A stretch of DNA of 64,000 nucleotides from Leucoraja erinacea (GCF_028641065.1 NC_073384.1:37944001-38008000); one strand, 5' to 3'. Counted from the stretch's first letter, positions 1 to 12,707 are shown. Notes: generated by a model not told the origin, from the letters alone. Made by a program: numbers and translations.

Positions 1-59
1 TCAGGCAACTTGTCAGTTGCCGGCAGTCCGCTGAAAAATCACCTAAGTGGGACAGGCCC
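1..59. mobile_element. Terminal part of a putative PIF/Harbinger-type MITE (cut by window edge)
   Basis: Ends ...AAAATCACCTAAGTGGGACAGGCCC (reverse complement GGGCCTGTCCCACTTAGG), resembling a Harbinger TIR; only one end visible. Confidence 0.4.
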
Positions 60-63
60 ATTA

Positions 64-1295
64 GACCTTTTTATGTGGGGGAGGTGGGGGGGGGGAAACC
101 ACTTTCCTAGTCACTTCCTGGTCGGAGGTATGTCTTTTCTCCGAGTCACATCTTCGCCTCCCCCTCGCGGCCTACCATCAGGATTGGCGCGGCCTTTCCT
201 GCCGGAGAAACATCCGGGGATCGCCGTGTTGGAGCTCCAGAGTGTTGAGCCTGCTGATTAACACCGTGGAGCTGTGGTTGCGGTGCTTTCAGCCGCGGGC
301 GGTGCTAACTTTAACATTGCAGAGTCCTGGGATCTTTTGCCGAGGGTCGCCAGTGTTGAATCTCCGCCCAGCTCAGCATGTGGACTTCGGAAGACATGGT
401 CTCCGGTAAGAAGTGGCCGATTCGGAAACTCCAAACCGATGAGTATGTTCTTCCATTCCGACGCCAGAGCTCCGATCATCCCGGCGAGATCCCAGCCCGT
501 AGCAGCAACTGCGGAGGGCTCAAAGGCCCCGACTACGGGTGAGCAAAAAGGAAGATGACTGAACTTTATTGCCTCCCCTCACAGTGGAAAATGTTCATGT
601 TAATTTCAAATAAACAATCGTGTATTGTGTTCTTTTTATTCATATGGCGGTATGGTCATTCAAATCTCACTGTACCAATTGGTGCATGCGACAATAAATG
701 TAACTTGAACATGATTGTTTTCCGGGTCGTATCTCTGGTCGCTCTGCGGCCTAACATCGTGCAGCTGGAGGCCTGCTCGGGACTGACTTTGAGCCCCACT
801 GCAGGGCGTGGACTTAACATCGGAGCCGATCGCTTTCCTGGGATCGACGCTCCAACTGCGGCCTGCAGACTTTAACATCAGGAGCTTGCAGTCTCGGGTA
901 AGAGACCGATGTCAGCAGCTCCAAAAGCCGCACGACGTTCGACAAATCCCGACCCGTGGTCAGATCGCCCGGCGCGGGTAGCTGACATCCCCCTGATGCA
1001 GGAGCCTGATCGCTCCAACGAGGAGGCCCGCCGCTGACTACGGGAGTAAGATTGTCCCGTCAACGGAAGGTTAGAGGACCCCGACAGCTGGAGGACAAAG
1101 AAGGGAAGAGATTGAACTTTTTTTCGCCTTCCATCAGTGAGGAATGTGATGTTGTCACTGTGGTGGATGTTTATGTTAAAATGTATTTTGTGTGTTCTGT
1201 TGCCTTTTATTAGTATGACTGTAAGGCAAATCAAATTCCTCGTATGTTACAAAACATACTTAGCTGATAAAGTATGATTATGATTATCATTATGA
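64..1295 (+). repeat. Two or more GC-rich non-coding interspersed repeats with short tandem tails
   Basis: 760-880 is homologous in inverted orientation to 55260-55390; (ATGATT)-type tail at ~1274-1295; no credible ORF. Confidence 0.55.
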
Positions 1296-1503
1296 TAGTC
1301 ATTATCATTATGCTAGCCTAGTACTAGCATACGGGGATCGCTGGTTAATTTCCACTGTATCTCTAAACAAATCAATCACATGGCTGTCAAATGTAGACAT
1401 ATTTAGTAGAATTTGGATTTTATTTGACAATTTTCAATGGGTATTTTTAATATAGTTTAAAAAAAAAGAATCACCTCTTCTAATAGGTAGAAAAATAAAA
1501 TAC

Positions 1504-1637
1504 CTGCTTAGTCAAGGCAATAAATGCACGAGAAAGTTTCTTGTAATATCCTTCGACTGTTGCAATTCCATACTGCTCCATGGTATTCCGACAACAAACC
1601 ATATAGTGCAGCTGTGGAGTGCTGACAAGACCATAGT
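1504..1637 (-). CDS. PGM3: Phosphoacetylglucosamine mutase, coding exon 4 (gene continues beyond window start)
   Basis: (D)[17 protein letters not shown]...FIALTKQ; AG acceptor 1638-1639, GT donor 1502-1503; 134 nt, phase-consistent. Confidence 0.95.
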
Positions 1638-2208
1638 CTGCAACAAAGGGAATCACATAATTTAAAACTAAATGCTTATCATCAATCCGACATTTAATCT
1701 TTGTCAGTGCTGGCAAACGCAGTACAGAATAGTCCAGGATCCCTGTCTTGTGAAATTAGTGATGATACAATGTGATCCAAGAGTTTAAAAGAGGATGTGA
1801 AAATAGCACAAAATGCTAGAGTAACTCAGAGGGGTCAGGCACCATCGATGGAGGACATGGACAGGTGACGCTTCTGGACTCTTCTACCTGAAATGTCACC
1901 TATCCATGTCCTCCAGAGATGCTGCCTGCCCTGCTACGTTACTCTAGCACTTTTGTGCGTTTTTTTTTAAAGGTATAATTTGACAAGCTATGTGTTTTTG
2001 ACAAGATTGTGTTTTTCCACTGGACGTTCTGCACTTGATTCCAACTAATCTTTATATTTGTCAACATTTTGGGAGCCATCCAGTAGTGGTTGTGCCTTGA
2101 ATCAAGGCTGAAGAGTTAAAATATAATTTTAACCTTCAAACAAAACAAAATGTACATTACGAGATCACTTTTGGAAGATGTAACTGTTATCCTAACTTCA
2201 GCACATAC

Positions 2209-2276
2209 CTTGATAAGCTCCTCCTAAGACACACACACCATCAACAACAGCCTGGGAAAGCTTGAGGCTACTGGGC
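2209..2276 (-). CDS. PGM3: PGM3 coding exon 3
   Basis: Not in ORF track; read manually as PSSLKLSQAVVDGVCVLGGAYQ; tcag acceptor and gtatgt donor; 68 nt, joins the phases of both neighbours. Confidence 0.93.
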
Positions 2277-2852
2277 CTGAAGATGAAAAACATTCAGAAC
2301 ACAAAATTACAGGACCAGAACACTGACAGACATACGCACACAAAGAAATAAATGTAGCTTATCTTGGTTAAATAAATGAATCATGAAGCAGGAAAGCAGG
2401 CCATGTATATTGGTCATTTAAAGCTTCTTATAAATCTTCTCGTAATAAAATGGAGCCATAAATGAATAATTAATTGGTGACTATTGTTTGAATTAATTTA
2501 CATCTCCAACAATATCAAATTCTTCAATTAGAAAACTCAAAGCCTAAAGACAAATAAACATGTAGGTATGTAGGAGATAGGGAGAACTCCAGGTGCTGGT
2601 TTACAAAAAGTGCTGGATAAACTCAGCAGGTCAGGCAGCATCTCTGGACAACATGTATAGGTGATATTTAATTTAGTTTATTATTGTCGTGTGTACCGAG
2701 GTTCAGCGAAAAGCTTTTGTTATTTAATCTGAACAATGGAATGAAAGTTTACTCATCACCTGATGAGTCTTTCACACTCCCACAAAATAAGAAATAAATG
2801 AGATCTTCTACGATTCCAGCTGTAACTGTAATGCCAGAACCATAACACATAC

Positions 2853-3037
2853 CGTGTGTCCCTACCAAGAAAAATCCGAGCCACATCTTGCAGGTTCACA
2901 GATTCCTTTTCAATGATTTTGGTTAAGACAGATTTTAGATTCTGGTCTTCTGCATTTGCTAACTGGGTGGCATATGCTTCCCAGGCTGATGCAAGCATCT
3001 CTCCATGAGGGTCAACTAATTTCACTCCATTGTCTTC
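2853..3037 (-). CDS. PGM3: PGM3 coding exon 2
   Basis: [20 protein letters not shown]...FLGRDTR; canonical AG/GT; 185 nt. Confidence 0.96.
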
Positions 3038-3836
3038 CTGTAATGGAAATAAATAATTTAATATGGCTTCGTAAAAGAGATTAAGACTTGGTCTGAGGTA
3101 GAGATGTTGACTCGTACTGTGTTTTCAGCTTTGTATGTTATCTTTCTGATTTCCTGCTGCTGTATTAATGTGACCAATGTACAGACTTAATGTGTTGCTG
3201 GTAATTGCCACCAAGGATACAAAGCTAGGTGGCAGTGAGAGTTGTGAGAAGTACGTATTGTGAAGAGGATGCAGATTCATAGCAGGTTATGATATAGTAT
3301 AGTTAATAACTAACAATAACTATACTGTATAATTTATTATACAATAAATTACTATACATGCAAACTTCACCCTACCAGGGACCTTTTGACACAATATTGA
3401 GTCAAATGCTGCTGTATTGTCAAGCGCTGTCATTCTCACATCAATGTTTGAATTCATCTCTATAGTGTATGTTTGAACCAAGACAGTAATGAAATCTTAA
3501 GCAATGTAGCCCCAACAGTACCGAAAATTGGGAAAAATTAGCTGATTATCTGTGAGTATATCTTAATAGTTTGCACTGTTGACACCCCCCTTTCATTACT
3601 GTTTTGCTAAAGAGATAGTAAATTCATGGGTGGTAGCTGACCCAACTGGATTATCCTGCTTTTTGTGGGCAAGACATTACATGATTTTCCATACTATGGT
3701 GACATTAGTGTTATGGTTCTAATGGGATCACAGTTGCTAGATTTTAGCAATTACACATTCAGAATGATAAAATTCAAATTAGAATGACGAATAGCCGGCT
3801 TCCCTTTCAACGTACACATTGACTGTGGAATATTAC

Positions 3837-4043
3837 CTCTGGGTTATGCGAGGCTGTGACCATTACACCGATGGTACTTGCAGTTTTCTTTGACCTCAGG
3901 ACCGATAGCAGGCCCATGCGATACATTACATGATCGAGTTGTTCTGCCTTGGCTCGAAAACCTGCTGTGCCGTATTCAAGAACTAGTCCCACAGGTTTAG
4001 GATGCTGTCCTGGTATCATCTCCATGTCTTCAAAGTGAGTCAT
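3837..4043 (-). CDS. PGM3: PGM3 coding exon 1 (start codon; phosphoserine motif TASHNPE)
   Basis: MTHFEDMEM...YGTAGFR...[11 protein letters not shown]; acceptor cag|gcATG implies an upstream non-coding exon; donor gtaata. Confidence 0.96.
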
Positions 4044-5049
4044 GCCTGCACCAAGAAATTAAAGCTCGAGATAAAAATAGTAGAAATGGGAAAATGTCAC
4101 GTGTCTGCAACAAAACAATTTATGGTGTTTAACTGCAAGGCTTGAAGTAATAACTTTGTCTTTGCAAGAACTGTGTGATTACTGAAATTTGTACTTTCTC
4201 TTCATTCACTATGAATCTCGATAGCATACACACAAGCTGGAGTTCAGCTAACATGCTTGAAATAGTCTGAATCCCAAGTATGTGTTTTGCTTCCAAACAT
4301 CGTTATTTTATGCCTTAAACAATATGTTTTAAATATTGTCGTTTCTATAACAGGTTTCAATTTAAATCTTACAAAACATTTTAGATCCATCAATCGACAA
4401 GATATGAATGGGTGGACTGTATGTCCATATATCTATACAGGTACCGGTTAAAAAGGCATAGGAGGCTTTCCTTTTTCATACAAGATAAAGAATAAAAGAA
4501 CAGGAATGTTACGGTGTAACCATGCACAGTACTAGTTAGTGTCATCCCAGTAAACTGTCCAGTTGTGGTTATATTAGATTCAGATTCAAACTTTATTGTC
4601 ATTGTTACTGAGCAGGTGTACAAGGATGCAAGAGATTTACAAAATGCTGGAGTAATTCAGCGGGCCAGACAATATCCCTGGAGAACATGGATCGGTGTCA
4701 TTTTGGGTCAGGGTCCTTCTTTAGACTGAATGGCACTGGGGATGAAACGTCATGGACGCCATGTTCTCCTGAGATGCTACCAGACCTAGAGTTAGTCCAG
4801 CAGTTTGTGCCTTTTTTAAAAAAATTATAAACCAGCATCAGCAGATGCTAGTGTCTTCAGATTTACAAACATGTTGCCAAGACAAAAAAAATTAACTGAG
4901 GAAATATTGGATAAACCTTTAACTCCAAGATAGCTGAGATGTCCTTGAAACTGAGACCAAAGCAGCCCTTTAAGATGAGACAGAGATTCACTTGCATGTC
5001 CGCCAACCACATCTCCTGCATTTGCTGCTCTCAACTGGCCTCCTTTATT

Positions 5050-5700
5050 ATAATAATAATATAATAATAAATTTTATTTATGGGGAGCCTTTCAAGAGTC
5101 TCAAGGACACCTTACAAAAATTTAGCAGGTAGAGGAAAAACATGTAAGGGGAATGAAATAAATAGTAGAGACATGACTAGTACACAAAGTAAAGACAGAA
5201 TCCAATTCAAAACACAATATGAGGCAAGTAATACACAGATGAAAAGGGAGGGGGACGTGGGGCTAAGGATAGGCAGAGGCGAAGAGATGGGTCTTGAGGC
5301 GGGACTGGAAGATGGTGAGGGACACGGAATTGCGGATCAGTTGGGGGAGGGAGTTCCAGAGCCTGGGAGCTGCCCTGGAGAAGGCTCTGTCCCCAAAACT
5401 GCGGAGGTTGGACTTGTGGATGGAGAGGAGACCGGCTGATGTGGATCTGAGGGACCGTGAGGGTTGGTAGGGGGAGAGGAGGTCAGTGAGATATGTGGGG
5501 GCCAGATGGTGGAGGGCTTTGTAGGTGAGGATCAGGATTTTGTAGGTGATCCGGTGGGAGATGGGAAGCCAGTGAAGTTGTTTGTGGACTGGAGTGATGT
5601 GATGCCAGGATTTGGTGTGGGTGATGAGTCGGGCGGCTGCGTTCTGGACCAGTTGGAGTTGGTTGATGTAAGTGGAGCTGATGCCAAGGAGAAGTGAGTT
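5050..5700 (-). mobile_element. L2-clade LINE 3' fragment
   Basis: Minus frame LQLVQNAAARLITHTKSWHHITPVHKQLHWLP...YKALHHLAPTYL (L2 ORF2 C-terminus); (TTA)n-type tail at 5048-5075. Confidence 0.8.
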
Positions 5701-6289
5701 GCAATAGATGGTATGTGCAGATTGTGCAATTTTGCCCAGTACCTATGCCCTGCCCATTATGGCTTTCTAGAACCATTTTATTTCCTCTTCCAATTCCTAG
5801 GCGGACTTTGGCCCTCTCCATTGGCAGGGAGAGACCAAACATATACTAAAGGCTCAGTGGGTCTGAAAGAGCAAGGGGGAGAGCCAGTATAAATAGAACA
5901 GGTGTGAGTCCCTTCACAAAACCCCTTCTGTCCATTTCCTCTGCAGATGCTCCCTGGCCAGCTGGGTTCCTCCAGTACTTTGTGTTTTGATCAAAATTTC
6001 AACAGTTCCAGTTCCTAGAACCCCAACCGTCCCCAGGATGGCCATCCACAGAAGACTCGTCCCTAGGAGGTCCCGTCCCCAGGAAAGACCTGTCCCCACA
6101 AGGACCATCCTAGGAGGACCCATCTTGTTTTTCCAAAAATAAATGTAATCAATTATTTACACAAATAATATTGACAATACAAACGGTAAGAACACACCCA
6201 CAACCAAATACATAAATTCCCAAATACTCTTAAATATTCCTAAATACCAAATATACTAAATATTAAATAACTATACTACAATCCTTGTG

Positions 6290-6920
6290 TAGGAAGAAAC
6301 TGCAGATACGAGTTATACACCAAAGATAGACACAAAATGCTGGAGTAACTCAGGCAGGACAGGCAGAAGAAGTTAGACACAAAATGTTGGAGTAACTCAT
6401 TGGGTGAGGTAGCATCTCTGGAGAGAAGGAATGGGCGACGTTTCGGGTTGAGATCCTTCTTCAGACTGATGTCAGGGGAGGGGGCGGGACAAAGATAGAA
6501 TGCGGGTGGAGACAGTAAGACCAGTGGAAGAACTGGGAAGGGGGATGGAGAGGGAAAGTAAGGGCTAACTGATGTTAGAAAAGTCAATGTTCATACCACT
6601 GGGCTGTAAACTACCCAAGCAAAATATGAGGTGCTGTTCCTCCAATTTGTGCTGGGCCTCACTCTAACAATGGAGGAGGCTCAGGACATAAAGGTCAGAT
6701 ATGGAATGGGAGGGGCAGTTGAAGTGCTGAGCCACCGGGAGATCAGGTAGGTTAAGACGGACTGAGCGGAGGTGGTTTAAGACGGACTGAGCAGAGGACA
6801 TTCTTACACGTTTTGTCAGCATCTGCAGTTCTTTCTTACAGGCAGAAGCGTCTCGACCCGAAACGTCACCCATTCCTTCTCCCCGGAGAAGCTGCCTGTA
6901 CTATTTTGTGTCTATCTTCA
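6290..6920 (-). mobile_element. Penelope-like element fragment (GIY-YIG endonuclease C-terminus plus terminal repeat)
   Basis: HLRSVRLNLPDLPVAQHFN...KLEEQHLIFCLGSLQPSGMNIDFS; followed by the abundant terminal repeat containing CTGAAGA...GAAAC; inverted partial end at 6810-6920. Confidence 0.8.
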
Positions 6921-7162
6921 ATCTACTACAATCCTTTTCCAGGATGCATTTGACCGCCCGCGTGCCCAGCGGTCCTCGAACCCCTCATGGTGCCTTTGCA
7001 CACCGAATGTTCCAGGGACACCCTGGCACGGGCGTGACCCCGGAAAGCGGGCAGGCAGTCGGCTCTGGCGGCGCCCTCGTCTGCCTAGCACCGTGACCCA
7101 TGAATGGCCAGCTTGACCAGGCCCAGGAGCAAACCAGCCAGAACACCCAGAACAAACCAGCC

Positions 7163-8202
7163 AGAAAATGACGGTAGAGAGAAGCGGCAGCTGAAGGGAC
7201 AACAACAACTAAAGTGCTTGCCGAACATTGGCCGTGCAGATATCAAGAATGAAAATATTTGCTCACTGCATTTCATCAACAGTAAAGCATTATTTGTGTT
7301 TTTTCTTGAATCCTTTGGTATCTAAAAAGTTTCAGAAGTGATAAATCTGGCCGTAAAATTTTATAATCGCCCATGGTTCTCAAGTGGGTTTTTACATACA
7401 AAAAGAAAACGCTTCTGAACCAAAATTTATCATTTTAAAAAATCGCAAACCATACGTGGGTTTTGAATTACTTTTACTCAGATGCAAGCCAAGGAATGGC
7501 ATAATTGTTAGCTGTTAATTGGACATAATCAACCTCCGCAAATTGACAATATCCTATTGAAAGGGAGTGGGTGTTTAAGCTGTCAAGACATTTTATTATT
7601 TGCCAAAATATACATCTCAATAGCCTAATGATTGAAAACTTACTTTTCTACACACCACTCGTACGTCTGTAGATTTTTTAATGACAAATTTAGCTTCAGA
7701 AGCGTTTTCTTTTTGCATGTAAAAACCCACTTCAGAATAATGGGCGATTTTTAAATTTTACAGCCAGATTTATCACTTCTGAAACTTTTTAGATACCAAA
7801 GGAATCAAGAAAAAAAACACAAATAATGCCTTACTTTTGATGAAATGCAGTGAGCAAACGCGATAATTCCCAACATTTTCAATCTCGATACCTGCACAGC
7901 TAATGTTCGCCAAGCACTTTAGCTGTTGTTGTCCCTTCAGCTCTCGCTTCTATCTACCGTAATTTCTCCTCACTTTTGCAATTCTGAAGTAGGATAAATG
8001 TCTCTCACGCTTACCCCGATTTCCACAATTATTTACAGCGCAAAAAATGACATTTTCAGCGGTTTTTAACGGATAAGAATGAACGCGTTTCGTGTATTAA
8101 TTTCGTGTATATGCCGGAAGCTGCCATGTCCTCCACATGGATTGAGCTGGTCTGTGCATCACGCCCTTTGCCCCGATGACCTGACGTGCAGCCCCCTCTA
8201 TA
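7163..8202. mobile_element. Fold-back non-autonomous DNA transposon whose arms contain a THAP-domain remnant
   Basis: ~7163-7460 is the reverse complement of ~7655-7968; right arm (minus) reads CAVNNCGNRG...SYFRI...RVCSLHF with stop/frameshift; second copy at 28648-29470. Confidence 0.8.
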
Positions 8203-8412
8203 CACAAACAAGGACTCCATGTAGACAGGGAAGTGGCAGATGACCCATCCTTAGGAGGTCCATTCCAGTCCGATGAGGGTCTCCGTCCCCTGGAGGACCA
8301 TCCTCGGAGGTCCGGTCCGCTGGAGGACCATCACGCCGTCAGGCTTCATGTGTCGGTAGACGCGATCGGTGCAATTTAAATCGGAGCGCCCGACAGTCCC
8401 CTTCCTTCCTAC

Positions 8413-8620
8413 CTTGTCGTGGTGATAGCCTCCCGTCCGCAGCGGTACACAGCTGACACCGGGGCCGACGGCGCGCGGGAAGCCAACCAACTGCCGCCGT
8501 TCCTGCCACGTCCTCCCGTCACCCTGGCAACTACCGCCGGGCCCGGCCCGCGCATGCGCGGCATGTCGACGGGAGAAGGCCCGTGTGGGGTTCGCCGGGG
8601 AAAAACACGGGTTTGTGTGG
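8413..8620 (-). promoter_or_regulatory. PGM3: Probable PGM3 CpG-island promoter and non-coding exon 1
   Basis: CpG-rich; minus-strand donor AAG|GTAGG at 8413/8412; NRF1-type palindrome CGCGCATGCGCG 8549-8560; RFX-like GTCACCCTGGCAAC 8518-8531. Confidence 0.65.
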
Positions 8621-8921
8621 AGATACCTTGCATGATCACGTTGTTGCCCCTGTCTCTCCTTCTCTAAAAATAATATATTCTGCTGCACTCTTACAATGTA
8701 TGAAATTATAATTGTATTATAATTGGTTTGCCCAGTCTGAATGCGTAGGAAGGATAGACGCAAAATGTTCTGTAGGAAGGCACTAGTGTGAATGGTGGTT
8801 TACACTGAAGATATACACACAATGCTGGAGTAACTCAGCGGTCAGGAATATCTCGAGAAAATGAACAGAAGAGTCTGGACAAGAAACGTCACCTATTCCT
8901 TTTCTCCAGAGATACTGCCTG

Positions 8922-10417
8922 TGGGGTTGCCAACTGTCCAGTATTAGCCGGGATATCCCATATATTGGACTAAATTGGTTTGTCGCATATGGGACTGCCC
9001 TTGTCCCGTATTTGACTGCTACCAACAGGTGCTCCTCAACTTACAATGGGGTTCCGTTCCGATAAACCCATCGTAAATCGAAAATATCGTAAGTCGAAAA
9101 TGCATTTAATACACCTAACCTACCATCACCAGTGTATTCAGGGTTGGACCGCCAAGTGATTGTGGGTTTTCACTCTCCTGGTTATTTCCCCTCCCCTCTC
9201 TCTCTCCTCTTCAGTCCTCTGCCTCTGGGAGTGTTTTTTTATTTCCACGTTTTAATTATGAAATCTCTTTGGCGTCTCTCAACCGCCCACTTCCACTGTT
9301 CGGTCGGAGCGCTCACCAATTCCCCGAGTACTGACAATAGACAATTGTCCCTGTTCGGTCGGAGTGCCCACCAATTCCCTGAGTACTGACGCCCCTTAAA
9401 TCTCCCGAGTGCCAGCCCCCGCAGGAGCGAACACATGACGAATTGTCACAGCAGGTAGCAGCTCTGAGATTTATCAACTGCCTCATCAGATCTGATGCCG
9501 TTCGATGTCCATCTCGTCTCCTGCAAAATTCCTCACAAGTCCCCCCCCTCATCGCTTCCTCCCACGGAAAGGCTAACACGGTTTCTTATCTCCCTGCAAA
9601 ATCTTGCCGCACGCCAGCCTCTTCTTCGGTCCTGAAGCTCGCCTCTTCTGTATCCATTGCATGATTTCTCTCTCCAGCCTCAGCTCAGACACCTTGCATT
9701 CAAAACAGCTGACTCATTCGACCTTGCATCAAGATAAATAGGAGATAAAGTGCACAGGCTAGCGTTAGATACTAACAAGCCAGCTCAGGCGAGCGAGTGC
9801 GTCTGCTCAATAGAACAGCCTTAAATCAAAATATAACACAGGAAAGCTGTTTAAATTAAACAGTAAAGCATTACCGCTTAAATTATCAATGCAGTCCAAC
9901 GCTGCCACAGGGCCAGGCTATTGAAATACGATTTCTACTGAATGTGTATCGCTTTTGCACCATCGTAATGTCGAAATATCGTAAGTCGAAGCATCGTAAG
10001 TCGAAGAGCATCTTGTACTCTGTAACACCAGAGTGCACGCTTACAGACAGATCCTAGATCTGATACGACAGCGTGCGTGCGTGTCGCATGTGTTGTTGAC
10101 GCCACGCACAAGGGATTCACCTGTCATCCAATCATAAGCCCCCTTATGCGCATCAGTTGTACGTTATATTTTGCCAAAACAAAAAGTTTCAGTAGCGTCT
10201 GATGTTGTTCGCTCGGTTTGGCATGTGCAAATATGGATAAACCTGCAAACAAGTAAAGACTGTGCAGCTGTAACAAGCAATGGGAAACAAAAAAGACGTG
10301 GGTTAAGCCCGTCAGCGGTGACACGACGAAGGCCTTCTGTACTTTATGCCATCGGGAATTTCTCCCTTATTTTCACCTTTGGTCCCATATTTGGATGTGA
10401 GAAAGTTGGCAACCCTA
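8922..10417. mobile_element. Non-autonomous hAT-type DNA transposon
   Basis: TIRs TGGGGTTGCCAAC / GTTGGCAACCCTA; 8-bp TSD ACTGCCTG (8914-8921) / GCTGCCTG (10418-10425). Confidence 0.8.
9026..10015. mobile_element. Tigger/pogo-type (MER47/Tigger5-like) non-autonomous element nested in the hAT element
   Basis: Ends CAGGTGCTCCTCAACTTACAATGG... and ...CATCGTAAGTCGAAGAGCATCTTG|TA; subterminal ATCGTAAGTCGAA repeats. Confidence 0.7.
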
Positions 10418-10559
10418 GCTGCCTGACAAATAAATTTTCATTTACGGCAGCTTAACTAGGCACGTAAATGCAATGCACATAGATAAGTAAAATAACAAGA
10501 ACATTTGGGTACAGCAGTAAAATAGTTTGTGTAGGATCTTAGAAAAACCATGTCAGGTG

Positions 10560-11008
10560 TATTTTGTACAATTTTGGTTCACCTATCCTAAGGGAGGATA
10601 TCTTTGCTATGGAAGTAGTTTGGTGAAGATTTACCAGTATGGTTCCTGAGATAGTATTTGATTTGATGAGAGAATGCTATGGTAGTGTTTAGCAGAATGA
10701 GAGACACAAGTTCAAATACAAGAGGAAGGGGTAGGCCATTTAGAATGGAGATGAGGAAAAACGTTTTCACCCAAAGAGTTGTGAATCTGTGGAATTGTCT
10801 GCCTCAGAAGGCAGTGGAGGTCAATTCTCTGGATGCTTAAAAACTCTCTTGAGAGTTAGATAGAGCTCTTAAAGATAGTGGAGTCAAGGGATATGGGGAG
10901 AAGGCAGGAACGGGATACTGATTGTGGATGATCAGATATGATCACAATGAATGGCGGTGCTGGCTCGAAGGGCTGAATGGCCTACTTCTGCACCCATTGT
11001 CTATTGTC
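10560..11008 (+). mobile_element. CR1 LINE 3' fragment
   Basis: CR1 3' region (TTTAGAATGGAGATGAGGAAAAAC...GGCCTACTTCTGCACC) with ATTGTCT tandem tail. Confidence 0.85.
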
Positions 11009-11067
11009 TAATGAAATTGAACCATGGAATTACAGACTTGAAATATTAACTTTATTTCCATTTCCAC

Positions 11068-11362
11068 AGGTGGCACGGTGGCGCAGCGGTAGAGTTGCTG
11101 CCTTATAGGATGCTGCCTGACTACGGGTGCTGTCTGTACAGTTTTAGGTTCTCCTTGGGATCGCATGGGTTTTCTCTGGGTGCTCCCATTTCTTCCCACA
11201 CTCCAATGGCATAGAGGTTTGTAGGTTAATTGGCTTAGGTAAAATTGTAAATAAGTCCCTAGTATGTAAGATAGTGCTACTGTACGGTGTTATCGCTGGT
11301 CGGCGTGGACACCGTGGGCTGCAGGGCTTTTTTCTGCACTGTATCTCTAAAGTAAAGTAAAG
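11068..11362 (+). mobile_element. tRNA-derived V-SINE (HE1-like)
   Basis: Head GGTGGCACGGTGGCGCAGCGGTAGAG; V-domain-like GGGTGCTCCCATTTCTTCCCACACTCCAA; (TAAAG)n tail; many other copies in the window. Confidence 0.8.
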
Positions 11363-11609
11363 TCATAGATGCTGCTTGACCGTTGGTGATACAGCATGGA
11401 AACGGGCTCTTCAGTCCACCAAGCCCACACTGGCCATCAAACACCTGTTCACACGAGTTCTATGTTTCCCACTTTCTCATCCACTCTCTGCACATTTGGG
11501 GCAATTTGCCATGGCCAATTAACCCACAAATCCGCATGTCTTTGGGATATGGGAGGAAACTGCAGCACCCAGAAGAAACCCATATGGTCACAGAGAGAAC
11601 GTACAAACA

Positions 11610-12707
11610 GATGACACAAAGCTGGGTGGCAGTGTGAACTGTGAGAAGGATGCTATGAGAATGCAGGATCACTTGGACAGGTTAGGTAAGTGGGCAGATG
11701 CATGGCAGATGCAGTTTAATGTGGATAATGTGAGGTTAACCACTTTCGTAGCAAAAACAGGCAGATTATTATCTAATGGTGTCAAATTGGGAAATGGCTA
11801 AGTACAACGGGATCTCGGGGTCCTTGTTCATCAGTCAATGAAAGTAAGCATGCAGGCAGTGAAGAAAGCGAATAACATGTTGGCCATCACAACAAAAGGA
11901 GTTGAGTATAGGAGCAAAGAGGTCCTTCTGCAGTTGTAGAAGGGCCCTAGAAGTTCTGCAGGGCCCTAGAAAGACCACACCTGGAGCATTGTGTGCTGTT
12001 TTGGTCCCCTAATTTGAGGAAGGACATTCTTGCTATTGAGGGAGTGCAGCGTAGGTTTACAAGGTTAATTCCCGGGATGGCGGGACTGTCTTATGCTGAG
12101 AGAATGGAGCGGCTGAGCTTGTATACTCTGGAATTTAGAAGGATAAGAGGGGATCTTATTAAAACATATAAGATTATAAAGGGTTTGGACACGCTAGAGG
12201 CAGGAAACATGTTCCCGATGTTGGAGGAGTCCAGAACCAGGGGCCACAGTTTAAGAATAAGGGGTAAGCCATTTAGAACGGAGATGAGGAAACACTTTTT
12301 CACACAGTTGTGAGTGTGGAATTCTCTGCCTCAGAAGTCGGTGGAGGCCGGTTCTCGGGATACTTTCAAGAGAGAGCTAGATAGGGGTCTTAAAGATAGC
12401 GGAGTCAGGGGATATGGGGAGGCAAGAACGGGGTACTGATTGGGGATGATCAGCCATGATCACATTGAATGGCAGTGCTGAACGTTTTTCCTTCCATTAT
12501 TTATTATGTAAAGGTATATGTGTGTTATGATTGTGTTTATAGTTTGTTTGGTTGTTTGTCTTTTTGCACAAAAGTCCGCGAGCATTGCCACTTTCATTTC
12601 ACTGCACATCTCATATGTGTATGTGACAAATAAACTTGACTTGACTTAACTTGCTGGCTCGAAGGGCCCAAGTGGCCGACTCCTGCACTTATTGTCTATT
12701 GTCTATT
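11610..12707 (+). mobile_element. CR1 LINE 3' fragment (RT C-terminus and 3' end) interrupted by a Rex1-type 3' end at ~12481-12650
   Basis: ORF 11993-12313 FWSPNLRKDILAIEGVQRRFTRLIPGM...RTRGHSL; 12481-12650 matches 61215-61385 inverted. Confidence 0.88.

Noticed and set aside
1805-1958. Hairpin as a pre-miRNA or ncRNA (also ~4640-4810 and ~35435-35533)
   Set aside because: Explained by inverted pairs of the high-copy Penelope terminal repeat
6025-6125. GGAGG/GGACC short repeats (also 8245-8330) as an array or CRISPR
   Set aside because: Irregular degenerate minisatellite in a vertebrate intron; no constant repeat-spacer structure
8251-8763. GC-rich ORFs over the CpG islands (also 16888-17433 and 50864-51349)
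   Set aside because: Stop-poor GC-rich sequence with no recognisable homology, apart from the true SERAC1 exon
11068-11140. tRNA genes
   Set aside because: These are tRNA-derived SINE heads continuing into a V-domain; no complete cloverleaf
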